IMG/VR virus record: IMGVR_UViG_3300032257_000532
Coordinates: 1-37,388 of that record
Length of the DNA: 37,388 nt
Strand: one strand, 5' to 3'
Source: a virus
Lineage: Duplodnaviria; Caudoviricetes
The notes beneath the pieces were generated by a model. It saw only the letters and a list, made by a program, of their open reading frames with translations. It did not search any database and was not told the origin of the DNA. Shown here one piece after another: positions 1-8,514 of the stretch. The position numbers were made by a program, and so were the translations under genes. The stretch's first letter is position 1. Each line of letters begins with the position of its first letter.

Positions 1-50
1 CCACATCCGACCAAAACCGACGCTTCCGAACGACCATTCCTACCCCCTTG

Positions 51-74
51 GTGTCCACTATCGTTAGTGGACAC
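51..74. repeat. Perfect 10-bp inverted repeat in the flank outside the prophage
   Basis: GTGTCCACTA-tcgt-TAGTGGACAC. Confidence 0.8.
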
Positions 75-151
75 TATCGCCAACCCTGATCAGGGCCGCC
101 AGAGCTGGTTAACCGGACGGACACGGTGTAACCACAGTTGTAACTACTTTC

Positions 152-156
152 GAGAT
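152..156 (+). repeat. Left copy of 5-bp target-site duplication GAGAT
   Basis: Immediately precedes the terminal TG; identical to 37179-37183. Mu-type transposition makes 5-bp duplications. Confidence 0.9.
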
Positions 157-328
157 TGTGCGGGGACACTTGTTATTAGAGTAACCGGGATATGGCGGGA
201 TTAGGCGGAATTTAGTGGAACAGCCCCCAAAAACCGCCGTTTGTTGTTGTCTCGTTAAAAATGGGTCGGCGGGTGTTTTGTTTTTAGACTAATCGCCCAT
301 CAGGCCATTTCGGCACTTGAATTTAGAG
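157..328 (+). promoter_or_regulatory. Left end (attL) with transposase-binding repeats L1-L3
   Basis: CACTTGTTATTAGAG (167-181), GGAATTTAGTG (207-217), CACTTGAATTTAGAG (314-328). TTAGAGT sits at positions 20-26 from both termini. Confidence 0.75.
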
Positions 329-506
329 CTTCTGTTTTTTGTTCTGGATCATGGATATGTTGATGAAGGGCCTGATTTTTACAGAGCAAAATAGTAACCG
401 GTCCGGTGATTGTGATTTGTGACGGCATGTGAGCAAGTGTGTTGTTGTCATTCAGGCCTGTGGCCTGTGCAACTGCGTTCCGAAGACGATCCTTAAAGCC
501 CGACAT
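300..506 (-). CDS. Small hypothetical protein downstream of the repressor (likely lysogen-expressed)
   Basis: 68-aa ORF with a strong GGAGG RBS, co-oriented with the repressor. Confidence 0.65.
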   Translation of the reverse strand: MSGFKDRLRNAVAQATGLNDNNTLAHMPSQITITGPVTILLCKNQALHQHIHDPEQKTEALNSSAEMA

Positions 507-538
507 GCTACCTCCGTGATGTACTATGATAGCACAGA

Positions 539-964
539 CTATAAGTCTTTCCCTTTTTCCTCCAAGCCCTTTTCATAAATAATTTTTAGAATTTTCGCTT
601 TGTGCTCAGGCGTAAAGCCTTTGTTTGTGAACATTTCTTCCGCGATTTCATAGCTCGCCTCTAGAACCTCCATATCTAATGCTGTGGCAGGGTTTACAGG
701 CTGCTTCGGCTCCCGCCCGGTCGCGAGCCAATCCAAAGAAACCCTGCAAGCCCTTGCGATCTGTGACAGCGCAACGATTTTTGGCTCGGTGTTGCCAGCC
801 GTGTAATTGCTGACAGTCTTCAGCCCTATTCCTGTTTCCCTTGAGATCTTGGAGTTGCCCCCCGATTCGCGAATCGCCACACGGATTCGCTCCGCGATTT
901 CGGTCTTTAATGCCGAAACTCCGAAATCTGTGGCTTCATTATTTTTTGCGTTCGTAGTTTTCAT
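539..964 (-). CDS. Prophage repressor, XRE-family HTH (no S24 peptidase domain)
   Basis: ERIRVAIRESGGNSKISRETGIGLKTVSNYTAGNTEPK...VSLDWLATG is a CI/XRE HTH signature; divergent from ner. Start placed at ATG 964 rather than 1072. Confidence 0.85.
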   Translation of the reverse strand: MKTTNAKNNEATDFGVSALKTEIAERIRVAIRESGGNSKISRETGIGLKTVSNYTAGNTEPKIVALSQIARACRVSLDWLATGREPKQPVNPATALDMEVLEASYEIAEEMFTNKGFTPEHKAKILKIIYEKGLEEKGKDL

Positions 965-986
965 AACGCCCTGAAATAAAACAAAA

Positions 987-1074
987 TTCACAACATTGAG
1001 CATTAAATTTCCCACCAAAGAACACCGAAGGAAAATATAATGCTTGATGTTGTGAAATAAATTGCACAACATCA
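987..1074. promoter_or_regulatory. Lysis/lysogeny switch region with three CACAACAT operator-like repeats
   Basis: AT-rich divergent intergenic region; inverted repeats 987-1005/1038-1056 and 1045-1054/1065-1074. Confidence 0.65.
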
Positions 1075-1136
1075 GGTTACAAGTTACCTAGTATTCACCT
1101 CAAAAAAAGCGGCCCTAACCGCTTCCGTGAGACCCG

Positions 1137-1439
1137 ATGGCAAGACGCGAAGACATGCACTGGAGCGACGTAAAAGCTTCCCTCGAAAAACAGGGCTCAA
1201 ACCTTGCGGAGATTGCTCTTTCGCTCGGCATCAGTCGGGTCAGCGTTTCCAAGGTGAGCTGGCGTCCCAATGCGGGCGTTCAAGCCACCATAGCCAAAGC
1301 TCTCAGCACCACGCCTCAAGCCATTTGGCCAACCCGTTATTACGTCTCCTCCGGCAAGCCTTTGCGGCCTTCCATCTGGATGCGGAAGAATAGCAGGTGC
1401 GGTGCGTTTGCACATGTCAAAAAACGAAAGGCCGCCTGA
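1137..1439 (+). CDS. ner: Ner-like DNA-binding regulator
   Basis: DMHWSDVKASLEKQG...IAKALSTTPQAIWPTRY matches the Ner/Nlp pattern; first early gene. Confidence 0.9.
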   Translation: MARREDMHWSDVKASLEKQGSNLAEIALSLGISRVSVSKVSWRPNAGVQATIAKALSTTPQAIWPTRYYVSSGKPLRPSIWMRKNSRCGAFAHVKKRKAA

Positions 1440-1440
1440 C

Positions 1441-2274
1441 ATGAAAATCATCGAAATCAAAACTTCTGAAATTGACGCCACAAACCGCAAGCGACCGGTC
1501 GATGACGATGTTGTCGCTCAGTTGGCCGAAAGCATCCAGGCCCGCGGTTTGCGCCAACCTATTGAGGTTGCAAAACAGGCCAAGGGTCAGCCCTACAGAT
1601 TGATTTCCGGTGGGCACAGATTTGCCGCAGTCAAAGCCGTGGACTTGGAAACGGTCTCTGCAATCGTTCTGACTGGCAGTGAATTGGAATTGCGCGCCGA
1701 CGAACTACTGGAAAACTTGGAACGTAGCGAATTGTCAATGTTGGAACGGGCGCAGTTTTACGCAGAACTGAAGCACTTGTTTGAGAAAAGCAACCCCAGC
1801 AGCACACACGGCGGGGATCGGCGTAGTGACGATTTTCAAGACACCAACTTGGCGACTTGGTCTGACACGGTCGTGACACGGACGCAAAAAAGTAAAACCA
1901 CCATTGAGAGGGCGGCGCGTATTGGCGCGACGCTGACCGACAAAGCCGCCAAAAAGCTGCGCGGCACGGATTTCGCAGACAACCAGTCCGAACTTGAGGC
2001 GTTGGCTAAGCTTGAGCCCAAGCGCCAAGTCGAGGTTATCACGGCTCTGACCGACGAGCGTGATGCTGCCCCCAAGACCGTTGCCCAGGCCGTCAAAATC
2101 ATCGAAGGGCACACCGCCCCCGCCACGGACGATCCTGTTGAGGCCCTATCCAACAAGCTGCTGGACAGCTGGAACCGCACCGTCTCGAAAGAACCGAAAG
2201 CCGCACGCCGTTTTCTTGATCACCTGATCGAGAACGGCATTCTGGCGACCGGATCTGTTAAGGGGATCAAGTGA
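1441..2274 (+). CDS. ParB N-terminal domain protein
   Basis: LAESIQARGLRQPIEV...LISGGHR...ENLERSEL ParB motifs plus HGGDRRS. Start placed at ATG 1441 just after the ner stop. Confidence 0.85.
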   Translation: MKIIEIKTSEIDATNRKRPVDDDVVAQLAESIQARGLRQPIEVAKQAKGQPYRLISGGHRFAAVKAVDLETVSAIVLTGSELELRADELLENLERSELSMLERAQFYAELKHLFEKSNPSSTHGGDRRSDDFQDTNLATWSDTVVTRTQKSKTTIERAARIGATLTDKAAKKLRGTDFADNQSELEALAKLEPKRQVEVITALTDERDAAPKTVAQAVKIIEGHTAPATDDPVEALSNKLLDSWNRTVSKEPKAARRFLDHLIENGILATGSVKGIK

Positions 2275-2750
2275 TGGCCCGCCGGAGTTTCCCAAAACCA
2301 CCGGCGAACACCATGCCCAGCCTTTTGGACTGGACACCGCCACGTGACGTCGTCGTGCGGTTTGAGGACGAGCGGGTACGCACCGCCACCCTGCGGGCGC
2401 AATTGTCGCGGGCCGTTTCAGAGACGCTCAGTGATGCCACTGCGTCCCGCCAAGATATTGCTGAAAAAATAAGCGCTTGGCTTGGCGAAAGTGTTTCCGC
2501 GCCGATGCTGGATAATTATGCCAGTGAGGCCAAAGAAGACCACGCGATCAGCTTGCCGCGCGCCATTGCCTTGATCCAGGCGACAGGTGATGTGCGGTTG
2601 TTGCAGTTGATTGCCGAAATGTTCGGTCACGCGGTGATCGAGGCGAAATACGTCAACGCCGTCAATGAGGCGATGGTCGCGGAACAGATCGAAAAGCTGG
2701 CAAAACAGAAAAAACAATACCGCCAAGGCTGGAAAGGCGGGGCGTCATGA
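2271..2750 (+). CDS. Conserved early protein preceding the transposase (HTH/CII-like)
   Basis: Overlap-coupled to both neighbours; SRQDIAEKISAWLGESVSAPMLDNYAS is HTH-like. Confidence 0.75.
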   Translation: MMARRSFPKPPANTMPSLLDWTPPRDVVVRFEDERVRTATLRAQLSRAVSETLSDATASRQDIAEKISAWLGESVSAPMLDNYASEAKEDHAISLPRAIALIQATGDVRLLQLIAEMFGHAVIEAKYVNAVNEAMVAEQIEKLAKQKKQYRQGWKGGAS

Positions 2751-4864
2751 GGGAATGGTTCACCGCTGCTGAACTGGCATCAATGGCGTTGAAATCCTTG
2801 CCCGGCACAGATCGTGGCATTCAATCGCTTGCCAAGCGAGAATGTTGGGCCGCGCGTAACAATGCCGCCGGTGGCGGGTTGACCCGCAAGCGGGCTGGTC
2901 GGGGTGGCGGGGTTGAGTATCACTACACATTGTTGCCAATGAAGGCCCAGGCGAAAATCGTTGCCGATCTGGCCCCGGTGAAAGTGGCTAAGGCCGCTGA
3001 GAAATCTGCCCTTGCGGCCCCCGATTTGTGGGCCTTTTACGAAGCATTGCCCGATGCGCGCAAAGACAAAGCCAAGCAAAAATTGCAGGTCATTGAAGAG
3101 GTCGATGGGCTGTATCGCGGCGGTGTGTTGAAAAATTTAGCAGTGCACACGGTGGCGCAAAGCCACGGCGTAACGCCGGCCACGGTGTTCAACTGGTACA
3201 GGCTGGTCGCGGGTGTGCCGCGGGCCGATTGGTTGCCCGCACTGGCCCCGCGTCATGCTGGCCGCACCAAGACGGCACCATGCACACCGGAAGCTTGGGA
3301 GGTTCTTAAATCCGATTGGCTGCGGGCCGAGCGACCAACATTTGAAAGTTGTTATCGCCGTTTGCAACGTGCGGCGGATGCCCAAGGGTGGAGCGTCCCC
3401 TCATCGCGCGCATTGGAGCGGCGCATGGAGCGTGAGATTGCCGCGCCGGTGCGGGTGTTGGCGCGCAAAGGTGTGGATGCGCTCAAGGCGATGTATCCGG
3501 CGCAAGAGCGGGACCGGTCGATTTTTCATGCGTTAGAAGCGGTCAACGCCGATGGCCACAAGTGGGACGTCTGGGTGCAATGGCCGGATGAAGACAAGCC
3601 AATCCGCCCGATGATGGTCGCGATCCAAGATTTGTTTTCCGGTATGTTTTTGGGCTGGCGGTTCGATAAATCGGAGAACAAAGAGGCCGTCCGCCTTGCC
3701 ATCGGTGACGTTGTTGAGACCTATGGCATCCCCGACCACATCTGGCTGGACAACGGGCGCGGCTTTGCTTCCAAGTGGCTGACGGGCGGCATCGCCAATC
3801 GGTTTCGTTTCAAAATCAAAGAAGAGGAACCGGTCGGCATTCTCACCCAGTTGGGCGTCGAGGTGCATTGGACGTTACCTTATAGCGGCCAATCAAAGCC
3901 CATTGAAAGGGCCTTTAGAGATTTCTGTGACGACATCGCAAAACACCCCGCGTTTGCCGGTGCATGGACGGGCAACACCCCGCTGAACAAGCCTGAAAAT
4001 TATGCCTCCAAGGCGGTGCCGCTGGACGATTTTGTGCGCATCGTCAATGAAGAGATCCAGCACCACAACGACCGCGTCGGACGTCTCGCCCCCATTTGCC
4101 GGGGCCGATCATTCACGCAGACGTTCAAAGAATCTTATGAGCAAGCCCCGATTAAAAAAGCCACCGAAGAGCAAAAACGTTTGTGGCTGTTGGCCGCCGA
4201 AGGTGTCACCTGCGCCCGGCGCGATGGGGCCATAAATTTGATGGGCAACCGGTTTTGGGGCGATTTTTTGCATGCCCATATGGGCCAGAAATTGGTGGTG
4301 CGTTTTGATCCTGATCGTCTGCACGCGGGGCTGCACGTCTACCGCTTAGACGGTTCCTACATCGGCTATGCCGAAGTGGTTGATGCCGCTGGTTTCAACA
4401 ATGTGGCCGCCGCCCGCGATCATAACCGCACCCGGAAGGCCTTCCAGAAAAATGCCAAGGTGCTGCTCGAACAGCACCGCACGCTCACCGGTGAAGAGAT
4501 CGCCGCGACATTGCCCACCCCGGCCAACATGCCGCCGTTGGAAAGCAAAGTCGTGCAAATGGCGGGCATCAAAGACCCTTTGATGACGCGCCCAGAACCA
4601 AAAACAACCGCCCTCAATGACCGCCAAGAACTCGCCCTTGAGCGCGTGGTTGAGCGGTTATCGGACCATCGCCCCGCCGAGCCTGAAGACACACCGGAGA
4701 CGCGGTACGCGCACGCACGGGCGCTTGATGCGGCGCTTGGCGACGGTGACGTGGTGAGCCTTGAAGATCGCCAGTGGTTACAAAGTTATCAGGAGACGTC
4801 TGAATACCGCACCGGTCGCCGCATGGAGAAAAGTTTTGGGAGCCGGTCGGACATCGCCGGATAA
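2747..4864 (+). CDS. Mu-like DDE transposase (MuA)
   Basis: N-terminal Mu HTH (EWFTAAELA...LPGT); catalytic motifs NADGH, LDNGRGF, SKPIERAF; C-terminal VRFDP domain. Confidence 0.95.
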   Translation: MREWFTAAELASMALKSLPGTDRGIQSLAKRECWAARNNAAGGGLTRKRAGRGGGVEYHYTLLPMKAQAKIVADLAPVKVAKAAEKSALAAPDLWAFYEALPDARKDKAKQKLQVIEEVDGLYRGGVLKNLAVHTVAQSHGVTPATVFNWYRLVAGVPRADWLPALAPRHAGRTKTAPCTPEAWEVLKSDWLRAERPTFESCYRRLQRAADAQGWSVPSSRALERRMEREIAAPVRVLARKGVDALKAMYPAQERDRSIFHALEAVNADGHKWDVWVQWPDEDKPIRPMMVAIQDLFSGMFLGWRFDKSENKEAVRLAIGDVVETYGIPDHIWLDNGRGFASKWLTGGIANRFRFKIKEEEPVGILTQLGVEVHWTLPYSGQSKPIERAFRDFCDDIAKHPAFAGAWTGNTPLNKPENYASKAVPLDDFVRIVNEEIQHHNDRVGRLAPICRGRSFTQTFKESYEQAPIKKATEEQKRLWLLAAEGVTCARRDGAINLMGNRFWGDFLHAHMGQKLVVRFDPDRLHAGLHVYRLDGSYIGYAEVVDAAGFNNVAAARDHNRTRKAFQKNAKVLLEQHRTLTGEEIAATLPTPANMPPLESKVVQMAGIKDPLMTRPEPKTTALNDRQELALERVVERLSDHRPAEPEDTPETRYAHARALDAALGDGDVVSLEDRQWLQSYQETSEYRTGRRMEKSFGSRSDIAG

Positions 4865-4867
4865 GAA

Positions 4868-4903
4868 AAACGCCCGCCGAGTGTGGAACCGGGGCGGACG
4901 TTT
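4868..4903. terminator. Hairpin between A and B (attenuator or antisense terminator)
   Basis: AAACGCCCGCC...GGCGGACGTTT; fully paired with G-U and followed by a U-tract on the minus strand. Confidence 0.5.
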
Positions 4904-4924
4904 CAATAGAGAACAGAGGATAAA

Positions 4925-5659
4925 ATGACAGAACATTTTCAAACCGTCAATACCATCGCCCCGCTCAAAAACGTCGCGCGTTTTACCGAGCTGGTCGATC
5001 TGCTGGTCAACCGCCCATCGGAGTTGCCGGGCTTCGGCACATTTTCTGGTCGAGCCGGGTTGGGCAAGAGCTTCGCGGCCCGGTACGCGATCAACGAGTT
5101 TCGGGCGTTCTACGTGGAATGCGATTTCACCTGGACGCAAAAAGCGTTCTGCGAGGCGCTGATGGTCGAGCTTGGATTGCTGCCACCGCGCACGATCCTC
5201 AAAAAACCGATCTACCGCGCGGTGGCTGAGATCGGCGATCATCTGGCCGACCATCCACGCCGTCCGTTGATTATTGATGAGGCCGATTTTCTGGTTAAGC
5301 GCGGCATGATCGAAATCGTTCGGGCCATTTACAAACACTGCGCTGCGGCGGGGACGGCGATCATCTTGATCGGTGAAGAGAACATGCCGAACGCCTTGAA
5401 AATTTGGGAACGCGTCGATAGTCGGATCCTCAAGGGCATCAAAGCGGTCCCGACCGATCAGGACGACGTGCGGGTTTTGGCGCAATTGGTGTGCCCCAGC
5501 TTGACGCTGGAAAAACCGGTTATTGCCAAATTGCGCAGTTGCACCAACGGCAGCGCCCGGCGGGTTGTTACCAAGCTTTACGGGCTGCGCGAAAAGGCCG
5601 CGCTGGAAAATCTTACCACCATCACGCTCGATGCGTGGGATCCGGTGGAGGCAGTTTGA
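4925..5659 (+). CDS. MuB-like AAA+ ATPase (target capture)
   Basis: Walker A GRAGLGKS, Walker B LIIDEAD, ILIGEE; follows the transposase. Confidence 0.93.
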   Translation: MTEHFQTVNTIAPLKNVARFTELVDLLVNRPSELPGFGTFSGRAGLGKSFAARYAINEFRAFYVECDFTWTQKAFCEALMVELGLLPPRTILKKPIYRAVAEIGDHLADHPRRPLIIDEADFLVKRGMIEIVRAIYKHCAAAGTAIILIGEENMPNALKIWERVDSRILKGIKAVPTDQDDVRVLAQLVCPSLTLEKPVIAKLRSCTNGSARRVVTKLYGLREKAALENLTTITLDAWDPVEAV

Positions 5660-6270
5660 TGGCGCGTAAACCCGCAGACGTTGTCGCCAACGCCCGCTTT
5701 CCCCAAGGTCGTGATGAGATCTGGAAGCACATTCGCGCCCTTGGCCGGGACGGCAAAACATTCACCATTTCCGATGTCTGGTTTGAATGCGGTAAGGAAA
5801 TTCATCGCGACACGGTTCGGTCGTACATGACCAGTTTGGTCATCGCCGGGATACTTAAAAACACCATGGCCGCGCCGGGAAAGGCCGTTCATTTTACGAT
5901 GCCCGCTGATTTGGGGGCAGAGGCCCCCCGGGTTAACCGGCGCGGGGAACACGTCACGCAGGGGCTTGGCACCGAGGCCATGTGGCGCACCATGAAAACA
6001 ATGAGTGCCTTTACGGCGGCTGAATTGGCCTTGATGGCCAGCACGTCCAAAGTGCAGATCAGCGAAGGCGCGGCAAAAGATTATTTGAAATTTATGGCGC
6101 GGGCAAAATTTGTGCGCACGGTCGAAATGAAGCCGGGAAAGCCAACACGATTTGCCTTTGCGCGCCAGCGTGATCCCGGCCCCAAGCCGCCGCAAATTCA
6201 ACGCATCAAACAGGTATTCGATCCGAACTCAAACACGGTTGTGTGGCCCAAAGCGGAGGATCAAAAATGA
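5659..6270 (+). CDS. Tandem winged-helix DNA-binding protein
   Basis: MARKPAD start overlaps the B stop (TGATG); two wHTH-like repeats and a C-terminal VFDPN motif typical of this position. Confidence 0.8.
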   Translation: MARKPADVVANARFPQGRDEIWKHIRALGRDGKTFTISDVWFECGKEIHRDTVRSYMTSLVIAGILKNTMAAPGKAVHFTMPADLGAEAPRVNRRGEHVTQGLGTEAMWRTMKTMSAFTAAELALMASTSKVQISEGAAKDYLKFMARAKFVRTVEMKPGKPTRFAFARQRDPGPKPPQIQRIKQVFDPNSNTVVWPKAEDQK

Positions 6271-6659
6271 GTACCCCGTTCAAATCACGTGACCGCACCA
6301 ATGTCGAAAAAGCCCGCGCCGCGTGGGACGATAGTTGCCCCGATTGGGTGATTGTCTTGGCCCAGGCTTGTGATGACGGCACCCAGTCCATGGTTGGAAA
6401 AAGGCTCAAATACACCAACGGGTCCGTTTGCAGCGCGGTCATCGGCCAGTCCTACAAGGGCGATATGGCGTTGGTCGAACGTCGCGTGCGGGGCGAGTTG
6501 ATGTCTGCATCGGTGCGCTGTCCGGCCACCGGAGAGATCTCCCTCTCCGTCTGTCTGGACAACCAACAACACGCCAAAAACGCAAACCGCACCAGCTCTT
6601 TTCGGGCCAGCATGGTGCTGGCGTGTCGCCAATGCCCGATCTCAAGTATCGGAGGATAG
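6267..6659 (+). CDS. HTH plus Cys-rich early protein
   Basis: ATGA overlap; PDWV..LA...SQ HTH and CP..GEI...C...CxxC. Confidence 0.75.
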   Translation: MSTPFKSRDRTNVEKARAAWDDSCPDWVIVLAQACDDGTQSMVGKRLKYTNGSVCSAVIGQSYKGDMALVERRVRGELMSASVRCPATGEISLSVCLDNQQHAKNANRTSSFRASMVLACRQCPISSIGG

Positions 6660-6664
6660 GACCC

Positions 6665-6919
6665 ATGTTGAGCGAAAATCTTCAAAGTCTTGCAGAAGGA
6701 CTACGGCGCTATGTCGCTACGGGCATGACGGTGGAATCATCCGCAGTGGTGATTATTTGCGCGATCCTTGAGTCCGCAATTGAGGACGCTGAAGAACTGG
6801 AGGCACGCACTGTGCCAGCGCTCGATCGGCAGACCGGCGATCTGCCGGAAAACGTGGTCCGGATCGCGACCAAACGCGTCGGCTGGCCGGTCACCTCTGG
6901 TCCGGGAGACGCGGCATGA
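6665..6919 (+). CDS. Hypothetical early protein
   Basis: AGGA RBS; MLSENL...LPENVV; coupled to the next ORF. Confidence 0.7.
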   Translation: MLSENLQSLAEGLRRYVATGMTVESSAVVIICAILESAIEDAEELEARTVPALDRQTGDLPENVVRIATKRVGWPVTSGPGDAA

Positions 6920-7323
6920 GAAACCAATTTTCAAGCGCTGCCGCCGAAATTGCCGACACCAGCTATTCGTGCGCGGTCGAACATGCACTGAGCATGGGCG
7001 CACATGGTATGACACCACGCCAAGTTCTCGAAAGCATAGGTATGCCCGACGCCTTCAAAAACCCAACTTGGGAGGACGCCGTTTTTGCTCTGGCCCATGT
7101 CCACCGTCGGGTGTCCAATTCGAAGCAAAAATCGCAATTGCCCAAGCACGTTTTTTCCGGCCTCAATGTCACCAAGCAGGATCATGAAGACGGTGGGCCC
7201 ACCCCTCGGTGGTGCCTGAAATGCAAGGGGTCGTTTGAAAGCCACGACCGCCGCATCTGCCCCAGTTGCACCAAAGCCAACCGGCAATTCGCGGGCGGCG
7301 ATCTGGGAGGGCTTTACGCATGA
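6916..7323 (+). CDS. Hypothetical protein with C-terminal zinc ribbon
   Basis: CLKC...ICPSC; ATGA overlaps at both ends. Confidence 0.7.
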   Translation: MRNQFSSAAAEIADTSYSCAVEHALSMGAHGMTPRQVLESIGMPDAFKNPTWEDAVFALAHVHRRVSNSKQKSQLPKHVFSGLNVTKQDHEDGGPTPRWCLKCKGSFESHDRRICPSCTKANRQFAGGDLGGLYA

Positions 7324-7466
7324 ACCGCCACACTCGAACGCGCATTCGCAATCGTTTTTTCCATCCCATCGCGGCCCCTTTTGAGGCCCTTTGGACGGGC
7401 ATCAAAAGCCTCTTTAAAGGCCTGTTGAACGGCCTTCACATTCATCACGAAAGGACCCCACGATGA
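7320..7466 (+). CDS. Small hypothetical protein
   Basis: GGAGG RBS; ATGA overlaps at both ends (MNRHTR...). Confidence 0.6.
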   Translation: MNRHTRTRIRNRFFHPIAAPFEALWTGIKSLFKGLLNGLHIHHERTPR

Positions 7467-8074
7467 ACACTACACCCACCCCCGACGGTTATATGGCCGA
7501 CGCCAAAGGCCGGTTGGAGGATCAGACCGTTCGCAAAATCATCGAATACGCCGAAGACTTAAATGCACGCATCGCCCGGTTTCGCGGCCACACGTTCAAC
7601 GACGTCGCCACTTTTTTGGACGTTCTGGCTGAAAAATACGCCGCTTCCAAAGGCGGCAAAAAGGGCAACGTCACGCTGACGTCGTTTGACGGTTGCCAAA
7701 AAGTCGTCGTTCAAGTTCAAGATTTTTTGACCTTCGGGCCCGAATTGCAGATCGCCAAGGGACTGTTTGATGCGTGCATCACCAATTGGGCCGAGGGCGC
7801 GGATGACAAAATTCGCGTTTTGGTCGATCACGCATTTCAGGTCGATAAAGAAGGTCGGATCAACCGCGCGGCTTTGTTCAGCTTGCGGCGGCTGAACATC
7901 GATGATGACAACTGGCAAGCGGCCATTCGGGCGCTGAACGATTCCATTCGCATCCAAGGGTCACGCGAATATGTGCGGTTTTACAAACGCGCAAATCCCG
8001 GGGCCGCGTGGCGGGCCGTCACCATTGATCTGGCCAGTGCCAAATCACCAGATCCCGTATCCACACCAAACTGA
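7463..8074 (+). CDS. DUF3164 family protein (Gam position of Mu-like phages)
   Basis: GGKKGNVTLTSFDG, FGPELQIAKGLFDAC, AFQVDKEG, YVRFYKR motifs. Confidence 0.88.
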   Translation: MNTTPTPDGYMADAKGRLEDQTVRKIIEYAEDLNARIARFRGHTFNDVATFLDVLAEKYAASKGGKKGNVTLTSFDGCQKVVVQVQDFLTFGPELQIAKGLFDACITNWAEGADDKIRVLVDHAFQVDKEGRINRAALFSLRRLNIDDDNWQAAIRALNDSIRIQGSREYVRFYKRANPGAAWRAVTIDLASAKSPDPVSTPN

Positions 8075-8107
8075 TCGTGTAACCGACTTCCAGCCGGAGG
8101 ACCGACC

Positions 8108-8422
8108 ATGAACACTTTGACCGCTGACTTTAACGAAGCCCTGTTGAACCTGTCTGCGCTGATTTCGCGCTATTTTCCACTGGGGCGCTCCTCGCCAGTA
8201 AGCCGCGAATTTCGTGCCGTTACAAAAGAACTGCGCCACCACGGACTGGCGCTCCAAACCGGGGTGGTGGTCGGAGATCCGCGCGATTTGCTCAAACTGG
8301 CGCTGGATGCATGTGCGGATCGGGGGGTGTGCGGGCTCGACATCATGGACATCGTCAATGCCCACCAACGGGGCAATCCCAGCCCGGTGGCGATGCCCAA
8401 AGCGGTGGGAGACGGGACATGA
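8108..8422 (+). CDS. Hypothetical protein
   Basis: GGAGGA RBS; in the early operon. Confidence 0.65.
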   Translation: MNTLTADFNEALLNLSALISRYFPLGRSSPVSREFRAVTKELRHHGLALQTGVVVGDPRDLLKLALDACADRGVCGLDIMDIVNAHQRGNPSPVAMPKAVGDGT

Positions 8423-8514
8423 CCCTGTGGGAAAAATTTGGTCTTGCCTTGGCGCTGGTCGAGGCCGCCGGTGCCATTTTCATTTTGTTTCAATCCGGGA
8501 TTATCGAGCTATGA
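8419..8514 (+). CDS. 31-aa single-TM peptide
   Basis: MTLWEKFGLALALVEAAGAIFILFQSGIIEL; ATGA overlaps at both ends. Confidence 0.55.
   Translation: MTLWEKFGLALALVEAAGAIFILFQSGIIEL

Noticed and set aside
965-1072. N-terminal extension of the repressor ORF
   Set aside because: Runs through the AT-rich operator region; ATG 964 fits the HTH better.
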